Source of the DNA: Eledone cirrhosa
Lineage: Eukaryota
Reading direction: 5' to 3'
NCBI GenBank assembly: GCA_964016885.1
Contig: OZ024741.1
Coordinates: forward strand, 173,166,001-173,230,000
Length of the DNA stretch: 64,000 nt
This document shows positions 1 to 15,362 of the stretch, piece by piece; the first letter of the stretch is position 1, and each line of letters starts with the position of its first letter. A program made the translations under genes and the position numbers. The notes beneath the pieces are model-generated. The model was not told where the DNA came from, made no database searches, and saw nothing but the letters and a program-made list of their open reading frames with translations.

Positions 1-1
1 C

Positions 2-673
2 CCTCCCTTCAATAGAGAGGTATCTACTCCGATAGCTAGGACTTTCTTCACTTTACTGAAATTACACTTCCCCATACAACATAGGTACCACACCATCTTT
101 AATAAGAACACAATAAGACTGTCTTACTCCACCACACCTAACCTAGCTAGGAATATAGCCAACCACAATTCTAAAAAATTAAATAAGCCAACCACCTCCG
201 AACCCAATCCCCGGACTGGGGCTCTATGTAACTGCCTAAATAAGGAAGCATGCCCACTTGAAAATAAATGCCTCACAAATGACATCGTATACAAATGTGA
301 TGTCATCTCAGGCACCGAGGATTGCAAAAAAGCTTACATCGGCATGACCTCCAACAACTTTAAGACCCGTTGGTATGCCCATACCCACTCTTTCAGAAGA
401 CCGGATAAATCAAATCAGACAACACTCGCCTCCTACGTTTGGGACCTCAAAAGGAACTCCACCTCCTTCACGCTTAAATGGAAAATACTCCAGAAAGCGA
501 GCTCTTACAACGGAGGACACAAGGGCTGTGACCTTTGTATCTCAGAGAGCTACGAAATTTTATTCGCCAAGGGCCCGCTACTGAACAAACTCTCTGAACA
601 CTGCCCGAAATGCATGCACAAGAACTTTGCAACTTTCAAACATTTTAAGCCAGTGTTAAAGCCCGATGGCTAA
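2..673 (+). mobile_element. 3' part of a Penelope-like element ORF (linker plus GIY-YIG endonuclease), open from the window start
   Basis: Frame 2 reads PPFN...HFP..HRYHTIFNKNTIRLSYSTTPNL...CNC...CPLENKCL..DIVYKC...AYIGMTSNNFKTRW..H..SF...TLASYVWDLK...CDLC..E...LLN...C.H, stop at 673. Same type as the PLEs at 22.8-24.7 kb and 50.9-53 kb. Confidence 0.9.
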
Positions 674-807
674 AAACGACCTCCCCCTATTGGCCCCTAT
701 ACCCCCTCCCCACCCTACCCCCACCCCTCCTCAACCTGAAATACGGCCACTATGGTTATGTAAGTACCTCTTTCCTATCTACATTTACTGCCTGTAGAGG
801 TGTTTTT

Positions 808-1335
<528 letters not shown>

Positions 1336-1492
1336 GTTGTTATACTTTGGGAGGGTCATGTTGCCAATAAGAAACACACGCACCAGTTGCTTTCACTTCA
1401 ATTTAATTTATTATATATTTATAAATTTACAAATTTATAAATTTCTGGTTGGTTGGTTGGTTCCACAACCAGATAGTTGTTTATATATATAT

Positions 1493-1537
1493 AGTCATAG
1501 TTCTTTCGTCACACACTCTGTGACCTCTTCAGTGACT
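1493..1537 (-). ncRNA. Minimal type I hammerhead ribozyme (inverted pLTR copy)
   Basis: Reverse complement of 5815-5859. Confidence 0.75.
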
Positions 1538-2228
1538 GGGTATTTCTTTCTTCGTTTCTGTGCCTTTCCTTTCTTCTATCCTACGCCATTTTGTTTGTGT
1601 GTGGGTTGCGTGCTCCGTTTGCGCATGCGCCACATCCGGGTGTCTGTGTGTGTGTTTGTGTTCATTTTTCTATTTTTCTATTTATATTTTTCTATTTGTT
1701 TGTTTATTTATTTATTTATTGTTGGTTGGTTGTTTGTTCTATGTGTGTGTGTGTTTTCGTTTTGTCTTGTGTGTGTTTTCATTTTGTGTGTGTTTTCAAT
1801 TGTAAGTTGTTTGTTCTATGTGTGTGTGTGTGTTTTCATTTTGTCCTTAATTGTAAGTTGTGATGTTGCTGTTCCACTCATATTTTCTATTTAATTTTGG
1901 TTTTAATTCTTTTATGCTTACTGCCTCTGTAATTTGCCTAAACATTGCGTCTTTCTTGTGTGTGGATTCTATTTTTATTTTTATTTCTATGCTCTCTAAT
2001 TTACCCCTGTGTTCTATCTTAGCATGTTGGTAGAGCACAGATGATTCTTTATTATCTTGGAGGTCTCGCCAGTGTTCATTTATTCGTTAATTTTCTGTTA
2101 AATTTTCTGTTAAATGTAATAAGCACTTTAACAGAAAATGAAAATTAAAGTGGCTTAAACAGGCAAAGCTAAATCGGGATACTATAGAGTATACCAATAG
2201 ATATCCCGACAAAATTGACGGTATCAAC

Positions 2229-5200
2229 ATGGCCGACACCTCATTATCTGAAGAGTTCAACAATGAAAATACCAACATTTATGGAAACACGGAAATAGAT
2301 AATAATGAAATGTCTGTGTTACGTCTGCCACCCAAATTTGCGACATTCAAGAAGGTAAATATGATTAGTTGTCTGTCAGAAATAGAAAAATCATTTACGA
2401 AACTACGCTGGAGCATCAAAAACAAAAACAAAAGCATACGCACACACATATACAACACACATCCCAACAACAACAGACACACAGACACAAACAACAATAA
2501 CAACAACAATAGCAACATACCCAGATACAACAACAACAATAGCAACATACCCAGATACAACAGACACGCAGACACAAACAACAATAACAACACACACGGA
2601 GACAACAATAACAACAACACACACATTAACAACAACAACAATAGCAACATACCCAGATACAACAACAACAGACACGCAAACACAAACAACAATAACAACA
2701 CACACAACAACGATAACACACACACACACGGAGACAACAACAACACCCATCAACAACAACACACATCAACAACAACAACACACACGCATTCAATGCCTCT
2801 CACCACCACCACAATCTTAACAAACACACAGACACAGAAAACAAGTAATGACAGTAGCACATAAATCAGAGAAATAAGAGAAAGTAATAGGATTAAAAGG
2901 AAAAGGAGATGGGAGACTAAGGACAAAGAGAATAACCAAGACGAACACACAGACACACAAAATAGGGTAGATAACAACATTGAGCCAGTGGAAAGAGACA
3001 GGAGTAATTATGAGAGACATAGAAACAACCATGAAGCTGAGGCTGCTGCTGTTGGTGGAAATAGAAACAACACAACTAACAATAACAATAGCACTAGTAC
3101 ACATAAAGCAGCAGCCTGGAACTCTCCGTTTTATAACCCCTCCGATAAATCATTCGACCTGCGACGAATCCACGCCACGACTTTGCCATTTAACAAACGC
3201 ACGCAGTTGCCGTCGCAGGTCGATGAACAAACAGAAGCACAATTTAGTATAGCTAAATCCGAACTTAGAAATATTATAGAACAGTATAGCAAGAAGCATA
3301 ATAGAATAGAGGCCCAGCAACTGGGAGAAGAATCTGCAAATGGCTTGTGTAAGCTCATGCAGCGCTCGCGTAATGGAGAGATAGCATGCTTTCCAACAGA
3401 CAAGTCTGGCAGAATGTCGGTTGACAGCCTGCCAAACTACATCCAGGCAATGCAACCCCACATCACTAACACAAGAGAGGTAACACCACAGGAGCATGAG
3501 GATAGAGAAAAAACCCTCAATGCCCATATGGTGATGTGGACAAATATAATGCAGCCCAACAAAAGGACTGCCAACAACTTCCAGGCCTGGAACAATGACG
3601 TGCCGGCGTTGTATGGGCTTCGAAAAGACCATAAAACGGGCTGGGACCCTGTCGCGGGACCACCAACACGGCCAGTCTGTGGGGCTAACATTGCTAGTAA
3701 CTACAGACTGTCCTACTTCCTCTCCCTGATCATACGCCCCATCATTGAGATGTCCCCAGATGTGTGTGACAGCACGGAGGACCTCCTCAGCAGAATCGGC
3801 GCGGGTAACCGATCTGGGGACCTAAAAAACTGCATAATAGGCAGTATGGATGTTGTGTCCATGTATCCATCTATTGACGTGGATTTTGCTGTGGAGAAAT
3901 GCGTCGAAATGATCAGCGAGAGCAAGGTTGAGTTCCGTGGGATTGATACCAGTGAGCTGGGACTTCTACTTAAGCTTACCCATAGTAATAGTTACCTAGA
4001 CACTTATGACCTTAGCAACCTGTGCCCTACAAGACCAGCAAGAGGCAGACCACCTACCATTACCTCAATGGCCAAGAAAACCCACACAGATAGATGGAAC
4101 GGGTGGACCAGAGCCATACGGACACCCGAAAACCACGATGAACTGAAGAAAATGATTGCACATGCGGTAGGGGCCAGCATAAAATTAACCCTTAAGGAAC
4201 ATATGTTCAAATTTAATGGTAAAACATATGCCCAAGAGGAAGGAGCAGCCATTGGTGTTAGCATTGCAGGCGACATAGCTAACTTATTCATGGTATGGTG
4301 GGACAGTAGACTTAAACAAAAACTTAATGAACAATTAGAAGACAGCTTAACCCTGATAATGTACTCCCGCTACGTAGATGATATAAACATCGTAGTTAAG
4401 ACATCCCCACTAAAGAACAGTCAGGAACTAGAGAAAAACACAATGGAAAGCATCCAGCAAATAGCAAACTCCATCCACCAGAGCATTAGAGTTACTATAG
4501 ACTACCCAAGTAGACACCCCAACCATCGATTACCTGTACTAGACACAGAGCTCTGGTTAGATACAATTAACAACCAAAAACAAATCCTCCATTCCCATTA
4601 TGCCAAACCCATGACTTCCAAACATCTGATCCACCGAAACTCGGCCATTTCGGACCATACCAAAATCAACATACTGATTGCGGATTTGGTACGGGTGATG
4701 AGAAATGTGTCCCGCATGTGCAACCCCGAAGAACTAGAGAGACACATACAACACTTCATCCACCGTATGCAGTTCTCTGGCTACAATCAGAGAGATAGAA
4801 TCAGAGTGTATAAAGGAGCCAGAACCAAATGGGAAAAAATGGTAAATAATGACATAAATGGGACCTGCCCCTTGTATAGGAGCAAATTTTGGAATAGAAT
4901 AGAAAGAACTAAGAACAAGGCCAATAGAATAAACTCATGGTATGATAGCAATAAATACCAGAGTGTAATGTTCATCAATACAACCCCTAGAGGCGAACTA
5001 GCCTACAAATTTAGAAGGGCCCTAAAGAAACATAATCTCAATATTAAGATAGTAGAAAGACCTGGTACCTCCGTAAAAACACTTATTAGCAAGACATACC
5101 CGTTCCAAAGACCCTCATGTATAGATAACAAATGTATAACCTGTAAAATAAGCCCCCATATTAACTGTAAAACTAGAAATGTAGTATATAGCATAAGATG

Positions 5201-5507
5201 TACTGAAGGACAATGTAGAAACAAAAATATAGTGTACATAGGTGAGACAGCTCGTAGTATAGGGGAACGAATAAATGAACACTGGCGAGACCTCCAAGAT
5301 AATAAAGAATCATCTGTGCTCTACCAACATGCTAAGATAGAACACAGGGGTAAATTAGAGAGCATAGAAATAAAAATAAAAATAGAATACACACACAAGA
5401 AAGACGCAATGTTTAGGCAAATTACAGAGGCAGTAAGCATAAAAGAATTAAAACCAAAATTAAATAGAAAATATGAGTGGAACAGCAACATCACAACTTA
5501 CAATTAA
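2229..5507 (+). CDS. PLE polyprotein: N-terminal domain with Asn/Thr/His-rich insert, RT, GIY-YIG. One in-frame TAA at 2862-2864, then uninterrupted to 5507
   Basis: ORFs 2229-2864 and 2988-5507 are in the same frame. Motifs: TDKSG, LYGLRKDHK, PPTRPV, SMDVVSMYPSI, GAAIGVSIAGDIANLFM, YSRYVDDI, LPVLD, YAKP; NVVYSIRC...VYIGETARSIGERINEH...RQITEAV..I...LNRKYEW. Confidence 0.9.
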
Positions 5508-5814
5508 GGACAAAATGAAAACACACACACACATAGAACAAACAACTTACAATTGAAAACACACACAAAATGAAAACACACACAAGACAAAATGAAAACA
5601 CACACACACATAGAACAAACAACCAACCAACAATAAATAAATAAATAAACAAACAAATAGAAAAATATAAATAGAAAAATAGAAAAATGAACACAAACAC
5701 ACACACAGACACCCGGATGTGGCGCATGCGCAAACGGAGCACGCAACACACACACAAACAAAATGGCGTAGGATAGAAGAAAGGAAAGGCACAGAAACGA
5801 AGAAAGGAATACCC

Positions 5815-5859
5815 AGTCACTGAAGAGGTCACAGAGTGTGTGACGAAAGAACTATGACT
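5815..5859 (+). ncRNA. Minimal type I hammerhead ribozyme in PLE 3' pLTR
   Basis: AGTCA-CTGAAGA-G-GTCACA(gagtg)TGTGAC-GAA-AG(aa)CT-A-TGACT: stem I 5 bp, stem II 6 bp, 2-bp stem III, CUA cleavage triplet. Confidence 0.78.
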
Positions 5860-6072
5860 ATATATATATAAACAACTATCTGGTTGTGGAACCAACCAAC
5901 CAACCAGAAATTTATAAATTTGTAAATTTATAAATATATAATAAATTAAATTGAAATGAAAGCAACTGGTGCGTGTGTTTCTTATTGGCAACATGACCCT
6001 CCCAAAGTATAACAATATCGGTTTCAACACACGATTTCAGATAAAGAATCTTGCTAAACAAATTCAGAAATG

Positions 6073-7960
<1,888 letters not shown>

Positions 7961-8426
7961 TTTGTTTTTTTGTGAATGTGTCTGATGATTTTTGGCATAT
8001 AGTTGATTAGTTTAAGAGAAGTTCGAAGATAATTGTAAGATATGCACTCAGTATCTTGAATCTGTCTACAGAATTCTCTAAACCTTTGTCACTTAGTAGA
8101 ACCTTAACGATTTTAGCTTTTAAAGAATCTCCCTTTTCTTTTATTCTATCTACCATGACCGACCCCCCACTGATTTTATAGACATCTGTTAGCTTAAGAG
8201 AAACTTAATGACAAGGAATGGTATGCCATCCGGAACCTGTTTATAGAATTCTGTCTGCCTTTGTTACTCTAAAAACATTAAAAAATAAAAATAAACTATA
8301 GCTTTGTAGAATTAGCTTTTAATGAATTCCCTTTTCTATCAACCAATGACCTACACCCATCCCACTCCCCACCCTCTCCTACCACCTGTAGAGACCTATA
8401 AATACCATTTTTATTTTTTGATACCC

Positions 8427-8477
8427 AGATTCCTGATGATTTCTAAAGAATGAAACAGTTCTAGTCCTGTAGAATCT
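8427..8477 (+). ncRNA. Type I hammerhead in an ORF-less PLE 3'-end remnant (~7980-8560)
   Basis: AGATTC-CTGATGA-T-TTC(taaa)GAA-T-GAA-ACAG(ttctagtc)CTGT-A-GAATCT; GUA site. The same ~130-nt terminus recurs at 40274-40406. Confidence 0.8.
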
Positions 8478-8561
8478 CATCTATATTAAAACTTTTATAC
8501 TCTGCTATGTATTGAGTACCTTACTTACTGTGGTTACCTCCGATTCAACCCGGAATAACGT

Positions 8562-8604
<43 letters not shown>

Positions 8605-9196
8605 CTTTGTCTGTCCTTTCTCTATCGTTTTCTATCTTTTCCGTGTTCTCTATCTTGTTTTCTTTTTTTCAATTTTTTTTTTCTGGCACTCTCTATTCTT
8701 TCTTTGTAGTCCAATATCTCCTGAGACTCAAATTAGACAATCAGTGTTCACATTCGCGTGTTTATATTACTTCTATAATTGCATTTTTCTTTAAAGTCGT
8801 ATTTTCTTAAACTTACTTCTTTGTTACTGATATTTCTCTCAATAATGTCACAGAAACGATTGAAGCCGGAAATAACTGGGCTGCGACAACAAAGACTGCC
8901 AGGAATGTAACTCACGGTAGAGTTATAAGTCTGCCTTTATTAAAGACAACTGTGGTTCCTTTATAGCTACTTTTAAGCCTGTTCAACGTCGGGTATCTAG
9001 CTAATATGTACATAAATGTAGCTGTTTGTGTGATAAGATGCATAGAACTGTACGAACAAAAAGAAAAATGAGTACTCGATAAGTATATAGAGATTATCTA
9101 TAATACGTTATTGTAAGCTAAAAAAAAGAACCTCTGGTCGTTAGTCAGAAGACTGGAAATGTAAAAGTCAAAGCAACGGCTAGTGTTGTATGTTCG

Positions 9197-9276
<80 letters not shown>

Positions 9277-9399
9277 TGTAATCACGCGTGTGTGTGTGTG
9301 TGAATGTGTAATCACGCGTGTCTGTGTGTGTGTGTGTGTGTGTGTGAATGTATAATCGCGTGCGCGCGTGTGTGTATGTGTCTGTGTGTGTATATAGAG

Positions 9400-12300
9400 A
9401 GATATGTTTCTTTATTAGCCACAGGGGCACAAAATAAAGAAGGGGACAAATACAAAGGGGAAAGTTTACATACAATAAAAACGTGTAAAATATTATTACA
9501 AATGCAATTTAAAAATTAGTCGATTTTCCCCAATAGGGGGAGACAGTTCATATGGGTAACACATACCCCCGAAAAAATGTGCAACCCTCATCTCCAGGAG
9601 TACGAAGAGTTTGTACTCCTTTCCTCTCCTCCTCCTTTTCCTCAACCTACAGGCTGATATAGAGAGAAGGCCCATTCACTCGTGCCATTCTCGCCACTTT
9701 CACCCACCTTTCATAAAACTTGCTGGGGTACAGCACCTCTCTCTCCATCCTGATTCTTCTTCCAAAGTGGTATTTGAAAAAAAGAATCAGTTGTTGGCCG
9801 GAGAGAAAGGTGTCTGACCTCAGCCCTTTCAACCTTGTCCACCATACAACCTCTTTCGCTATAGCTATCACACAAAGGAAAACCGCCTCTCCTTCGTTTT
9901 TGAAGGAGAGTGGCGGTTTGATCATGACAATGGACTCGGTGGTCAACCGGATTGGTCCCACCCGCGACAATAGTCGTTCTACATAGCCCCACAGGTCGGT
10001 GATGCCCGGGCAGTGTATGAATGCGTGCGCGACGGTTTCTTCGTCTCGCACGCACCTCGGACAGATCTTTTTTGCAGGGTCCCTGCCCGGGCGCCCATGT
10101 CTGTAGAGCTTGTCTCGAACTGGTAGAGCTCCTCGGTAGCACTGCCAGGCCAGGGACTTTTGGAAGTTGTCTATCGGTCCCGGGCGGAAGGTCCTACCGA
10201 ACAGACAGGCCAGTTCGTCTTCCTCTACGCCCAGAGTTTCACCGAACACGTTGTCACACTTGCTGCGGATCAACCCTCTATAGAATGACGAAGTGGAGTC
10301 TCCACTGATCGCCGGATCTGCCTGCCAGAGGGCTGTGAGCGCCTGAGCACATTCGATGTGCCAGTCGCCCATTTTCCTAGGTCTTTGCTTGACCCAGGAC
10401 TGCAGCTCGGTCAGCGAGACGAGTCGTGGGAAGGCTCGCCTCACGAACGGGGCCCACACCGGTTGTCCGGTGAGGAATACGTAGAGATGCCGAAACCTGA
10501 GCGCGTGTTTGCGCATCGTCAGCCACGGCATCCCCAGCCCTCCGTTGGAAGGGCGTTGGCAGCAGATGGATCTTCTCACCATAGCATCCCGCCTCTTCCA
10601 AAGGAGTTGGAAGAACGCGCGTTCCCTTTTGGCGAGCGTTTTGGCTGGACAAGGCACCACAGTCAAGCGGTAGTAGATGGCGGACGCTATAAAAGTGTTC
10701 GCCACCTCCGCTCGACCTTTCAAGGATAGTTTGCACTCGGCCCACTTCTGGGTGAGTGCAAACACCTTGGCCGACACCTCGTTCCAGTTCTTCTCCACCT
10801 GGAGGTTCGGACCAAACCAGACCCCGAGCAGCTTTACTGGTCCTTCCGTCCAGCGTCCGACGACGCCATCGGAAGGCATCGGTCTGCCTCTCCACGATCC
10901 GAGTTGCAAACCGATGGACTTGGTCTCGGTTCAGTTTCGCTCCTGTGAACCTTTCGTATTCCTTCAGTAAGGTGCCTACTTCCTCGATTTGCGAGGCGCT
11001 CGACACCATTACTGTCACGTCGTCGGCGTAGGCCGACGCCGCTTTCCGCAGTCCCGGTTCCAGAGGGATGCCCTGCAATAGCTCCAACTTCCGCAGTAGT
11101 GGCTCGAGAGTCAATACGTACAGAAGGGAGGAGAGAGGGCATCCCTGTCGAATGGATCGCGTGATATGGAACGGCTCCGAGAGGTAGCCGTTCACCTTAA
11201 CCCTTGAGCAGATGTTGCTGTTATGCATTGCAGCAATCCAGCCCCTGAACACGGGTCCGAAGCCTGCCGCCTCGAGCACCGCATCCAGGTAACGATGGTC
11301 AACCCTATCGAAAGCCTTAGACTGATCCAAGTTGATCAGGGCCCCACCGAAGCCGGGTTTACACCCTACCCTCTCTATGATGTATTGCATGAAGTGGAGG
11401 TTGTCGTGTATGGACCTGGTCAGGATTGCGCATGTCTGCGCTTCTCCCACCAGGTTTTCGACGACAAGCGCCAGCCTCTTTGCCAACACCTTGGCCAAAA
11501 TCTGTAACTCTGTGTTTAGCAGAGTTATGGGCCGGAAGTTTCCTATGTCATCCCCCTTATTCTCGTCCTTCCTGACTAGTCTGACTACGCCCCCGGTCAC
11601 AGAACTGGGAATTCTCCCGTTCTGTTGCCAGTTGCAGTAGACCGCTTCCAGGAGACCGGAGAATAAGTCCGGCATTGCTACGTAAAATTCGTAAGGTCGA
11701 CCGTCGAGACCTGGAGATTTGCTTTTGCCTCATTGGCTCAACGCGTCTCCTATCTCAGCGGCTGAAATCGGCTTTTCGCAGAACTTTGCCTCGCTGTCCG
11801 AGAGTCGCGGTAGGCCGTCGAGGTATGGACCTAAATCCATAGCCCCTCTCGGCGCGCCGCCCTACCCGAACAGCTGAGCAAAGTGCCGCTGAAAGGCCGC
11901 ACACATCTGCTTCGGCTCACGTATCACGCGTCCGTTTTGGTCCTTCAAAGACCGAATCGTGGACTTGTTGCCACTTTTTGCCTCTGTCACCCGGGCCCAG
12001 CTAACAGCTTTGGCTCCCTCGTTTCCCAGAGCACGTATTTTGCTTCTGACAACGCAGCCCTCATGCTTTGCGTCGAAGAACTGGTACAAGGCAGTTCTCG
12101 TTGCTAGCACGCTGGCTACGTTGCCACTTCTAATTGCCTCTTCTACTTTATCTACCAGTTCTTTCTCGGTTCTATTTCTATCTAACGCTAATTCTTTACT
12201 AAAAACTAACGAGTCTAATCTAACTGCCCTCTTGAGAGAGTACCACCATCTGTTGTTGACAATGGCCCCTGTCAAGTGCTGTTTAACTAAAGTGCTAATC

Positions 12301-13200
12301 CGTCTACTGTAGGCTTTGCATGTCGGTAACGACAAGTTCAGCTTCCAGTAGCCGGGTCCTTGTCTATGGGTTCTATCAAGGTTGACCATGCAGGTCACTA
12401 GTTTGTGATATGAATAGGCAACCATGAACATTTGTGGACAGCTTAACATGTCCCTATCCTTATTTCTAACTAGAACCCTATCTAGGTACGATCTAGATGT
12501 TCCGCTACGATTAGTCCACGTCCACAGTGGCACAGTCGGAAAATCTAGTTGATATCTATCGGCCAGGTCAAATCGGCCGATTAACTGTTTGAGGATGTTA
12601 CACCCCCCTTTATCGGGACATGCTCCCACATAGTCCCAACGTGCATCTAGGAATCCATTCCAGTCCCCCACTAAAAGCAAGGAGCGGGACGTTCCCAGAA
12701 AAGTCTCTAGATGTTTGAAGAAGTCTGGCCGCGGTGTCCCGGATGGGGCATATGCGGCCACCAGCCTGAAGGCTCCACCTTCACTACCGTGAACGTCTAG
12801 GACCACCAGTCGACCCTCCGGGTCCAGATATACCGTCTGTGTTACGAGGCCCAGGTGTTTCCGCAGCAAAACGGCAACCCCGCCCCCACCCCCCGGCTGA
12901 CAGAGAGATGCGTAGATCTCAAAGTCATCGAAGATGGGGGCCAGCTGTCGCTCGCTGTGGATCCTGGACTCGCAAATGGCTACTACATCCATACTGTGCG
13001 ACCTGAGGTCGTTTAAGAGTTTGCCCTGTTTCCTCAGGCCGCGTACATTCACACACCCAACTCTTATATTGGCCATGTTGGTTCTGAAAAGTTAAAAGAG
13101 GAGAAGAAAACACTCACCTCTTCGTCTCCCGGGGATCAGGCCGCACGGTTTCCAAGGGGGTGTTAGAGGAGTTGTCTGGGTGGGTGGGTGGTGGGGAGAA
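9400..13200 (-). mobile_element. Tx1/L1-clade LINE, 5'-truncated in the end of ORF1; ORF2 (APE-RT-zinc finger) 13076-9647 disrupted
   Basis: APE motifs NVRG, CES, GDWN, YLDRV, SYH (SDH mutated). RT motifs NFRPITLLNT, DQSKAFDRV, RQGCPLS, AYADDV. C-terminal CPRC..ETVAHAFIHC. Stop at 11862, frameshift ~10925. 3' end AATAAAG then TC/TA microsatellite. Confidence 0.95.
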
Positions 13201-13690
13201 ACATATGCTTATATATAGTCTGATGTTTGTAATTGAATGAGTCGCATGAGCATTGTCAAAACATACTTCAGCCATTCACAAAAATGTTGTCTTGATGAAC
13301 CTATATAGGTTCATCAAGGCAGAATTGACCAAAATATTACTTCGACAAGTACCAGTGAAATTTATCGACTGAGTCCTAATGAATATATACTCTATGCAGG
13401 AGCGGTGGAAGCATTTCTGAATTGGGGAAGGGGCAAATTTGGTCAATTTAATTGTAGTGGTTAGTTTAGCTGTTATTATCAAATATCAACCAAGATATAA
13501 AAAAAAAAACTTCGATATGTGATAAACATAACATGTGCATAAATTGTAGCGCATATACAAATAAATGTGTTTTGGTAGTTTGGGGAGAAAAATATAATTA
13601 TTGGTGGGGGGGGTCCCTGTCCCTGTATGTCATGTATTAATCACTCTTCATTCAATTCTAAATATCAATATAAATTTAACATATAACCGC

Positions 13691-13835
13691 AGGCGTGGCT
13701 GTGTAGTTAAAGAGATCATTTCACAGTTACGTGTTATCGGGTTTAATCCCACTGCGAGAAACCTAGGGTAAGTATCTTCTACTATAGTCTCGGGTTGACC
13801 AATGCCTAGTGAGTGAAATTTGACAGAGGAAAACA
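13691..13835 (+). mobile_element. Degenerate tRNA-derived SINE
   Basis: GGCGTGGCTGTGTAGTT A-box-like start, GGGTTTAATCCC B-box-like, body followed by (TG)n. Confidence 0.6.
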
Positions 13836-13934
13836 TTACTGTTGTGTGCGTGAGAGTGTGTGTCTGTGAGTGTGTGTGTTGTGTGTATGTGCTTATATGT
13901 TCTTGCTTACATTTATAATTTGTTTATGCCCTAA

Positions 13935-14750
13935 GGGCGGTGGATTGGCGGTATCGGTAGAGGGTCGGACGCCATGCTTTGCCGCATGGAGTTACGGCCC
14001 TTTATGATCTGAGTTCAAATCCCGCCGAGGTTAACTTTGCCTTTCATCCTTACGGGGTCGATAAAATAAAGTACCAGTCACGCACTGGGGTCAATTTCAT
14101 CGACTTTTCCCTCCCCCCAAAAAATTGCTGGCCTTGTGCCTAAATAAGAAACTATTATTTGTTTATACCCTTAGGGTGGTGGATTAGCAGTATCGGTAGA
14201 GCGTCAGACGCCATGCTTTGCAGCATAGTTATGGCCCTTTACGATCTGAGTTCAAATTCACTTTGCCTTTCATCCTTGATCGATAAAATAAAGTACCAGT
14301 AATGCACTGGGGTAATTGTTGGCCTTGTGCCAAAAGTAGAAACATTATTAGGGCGTTGGATTGGCAGTATCCGTAGAGAGTCGGACACCATAATTTGCAG
14401 CATAGAATTACGACCCTTTACGGTCTGAGTTCAAATCCCGCCGAGGTTAACTTTACCTTTCATCCTTACGGGGTCGATAAAATAAAGCACCAGTAATGTA
14501 CTGGGGTCAATTTAATCGACTTCCCCCTCCCCAAAAACTGTTGGCCTTGTGCCTAAATCAGAAACCATTGTAAATTGGCAGTATCGGTGGAGGGTCGGAC
14601 GCCATGCTTTCCAGCATAGTTACGTCCCTTTACGATCTGAGTTCAAATCCCGCCGAGGTTGACTTTGCCTTTCATCCTTACGGGGTCGATAAATTAAAGT
14701 ACCAGTAATGCACTGGGTAATTGCTGGCCTTGTGCCTAAAGTATAAACAA
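13935..14750 (+). mobile_element. Four head-to-tail tRNA-derived SINEs (Meta-domain-like): ~13935-14160, 14173-14345, 14351-14568, 14574-14750
   Basis: Each has A box TGGCRGTATCGG, B box GAGTTCAAATCC, body CTTTGCCTTTCATCCTTACGGGGTCGATAAA..AAGTACCAG and tail GGCCTTGTGCC..TAGAAAC(AATT). Confidence 0.9.
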
Positions 14751-15082
14751 TTATTTGTTTTTGCCCCGTAAAACATTGATCGATTAAATAAATACCAGAC
14801 TTGAGGAAAAAGTATTGGGGTTGATATGATCAACGAAATCAAGGCCGTCACAGCATGGTCGTAGTTTTATGATTGAAATCTGAGTTGGCCATAACAGGGG
14901 AGGTGGAAAATAATTATATTTTTCTTCCTAAAGTACCAAAACACACATCTATTTGTGTATGCACTACAATTTGTGCGTGTGTACATACACCTCACCAAGC
15001 TAATAATACCATGTAACATTTACTCCTGCGTTTGTTTGTTTTTTGTTTTCTGTTTTTCTGTTATTTCGAACTCTATATATAA

Positions 15083-15200
15083 AGGCGTGTGGCTGAGTGG
15101 TTAGAGAATTGGATTCGCAATCGTGGGGTTGTGAGTTCGATTCCTGGATCAGGCGATGCGTTATGTCCTTGAGCAAGAGACTTTATTTCACGTTGCTCCT
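15083..15200 (+). mobile_element. tRNA-derived SINE with V-domain-like core, 3'-truncated
   Basis: TGGCTGAGTGG A box, GAGTTCGATTCC B box, TGTCCTTGAGCAAGAGACTT core. Confidence 0.75.
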
Positions 15201-15296
15201 TCTACCTGGAGTTGCGACCGATAGATAGTACTAGCAATTGGAAAGACCAACGGAAACATTGTTTCCTCGGTCCGATTTGACGAAAGTCGATCGTTC

Positions 15297-15362
<66 letters not shown>

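Larger units (their letters stand above)
1337..6072 (+). mobile_element. Near full-length PLE (probably Nematis-like clade) with an inverted 5' pseudo-LTR
   Basis: 1337-2088 is a near-identical reverse complement of 5266-6015. A ~55-nt extra tail follows at 6016-6072. Both ends sit in (TA)n. Contains an RT+GIY-YIG ORF. Clade assignment is from recalled motifs. Confidence 0.92.

Noticed and set aside
2138-2864. Selenocysteine or readthrough recoding in the PLE ORF (as in Naiad PLEs)
   Set aside because: The internal stop is TAA in a low-complexity region, the endonuclease is C-terminal (not Naiad order), and no SECIS was recognised
13935-14030. tRNA genes at SINE heads
   Set aside because: A/B boxes present but no complete cloverleaf, and each runs into a SINE body and tail
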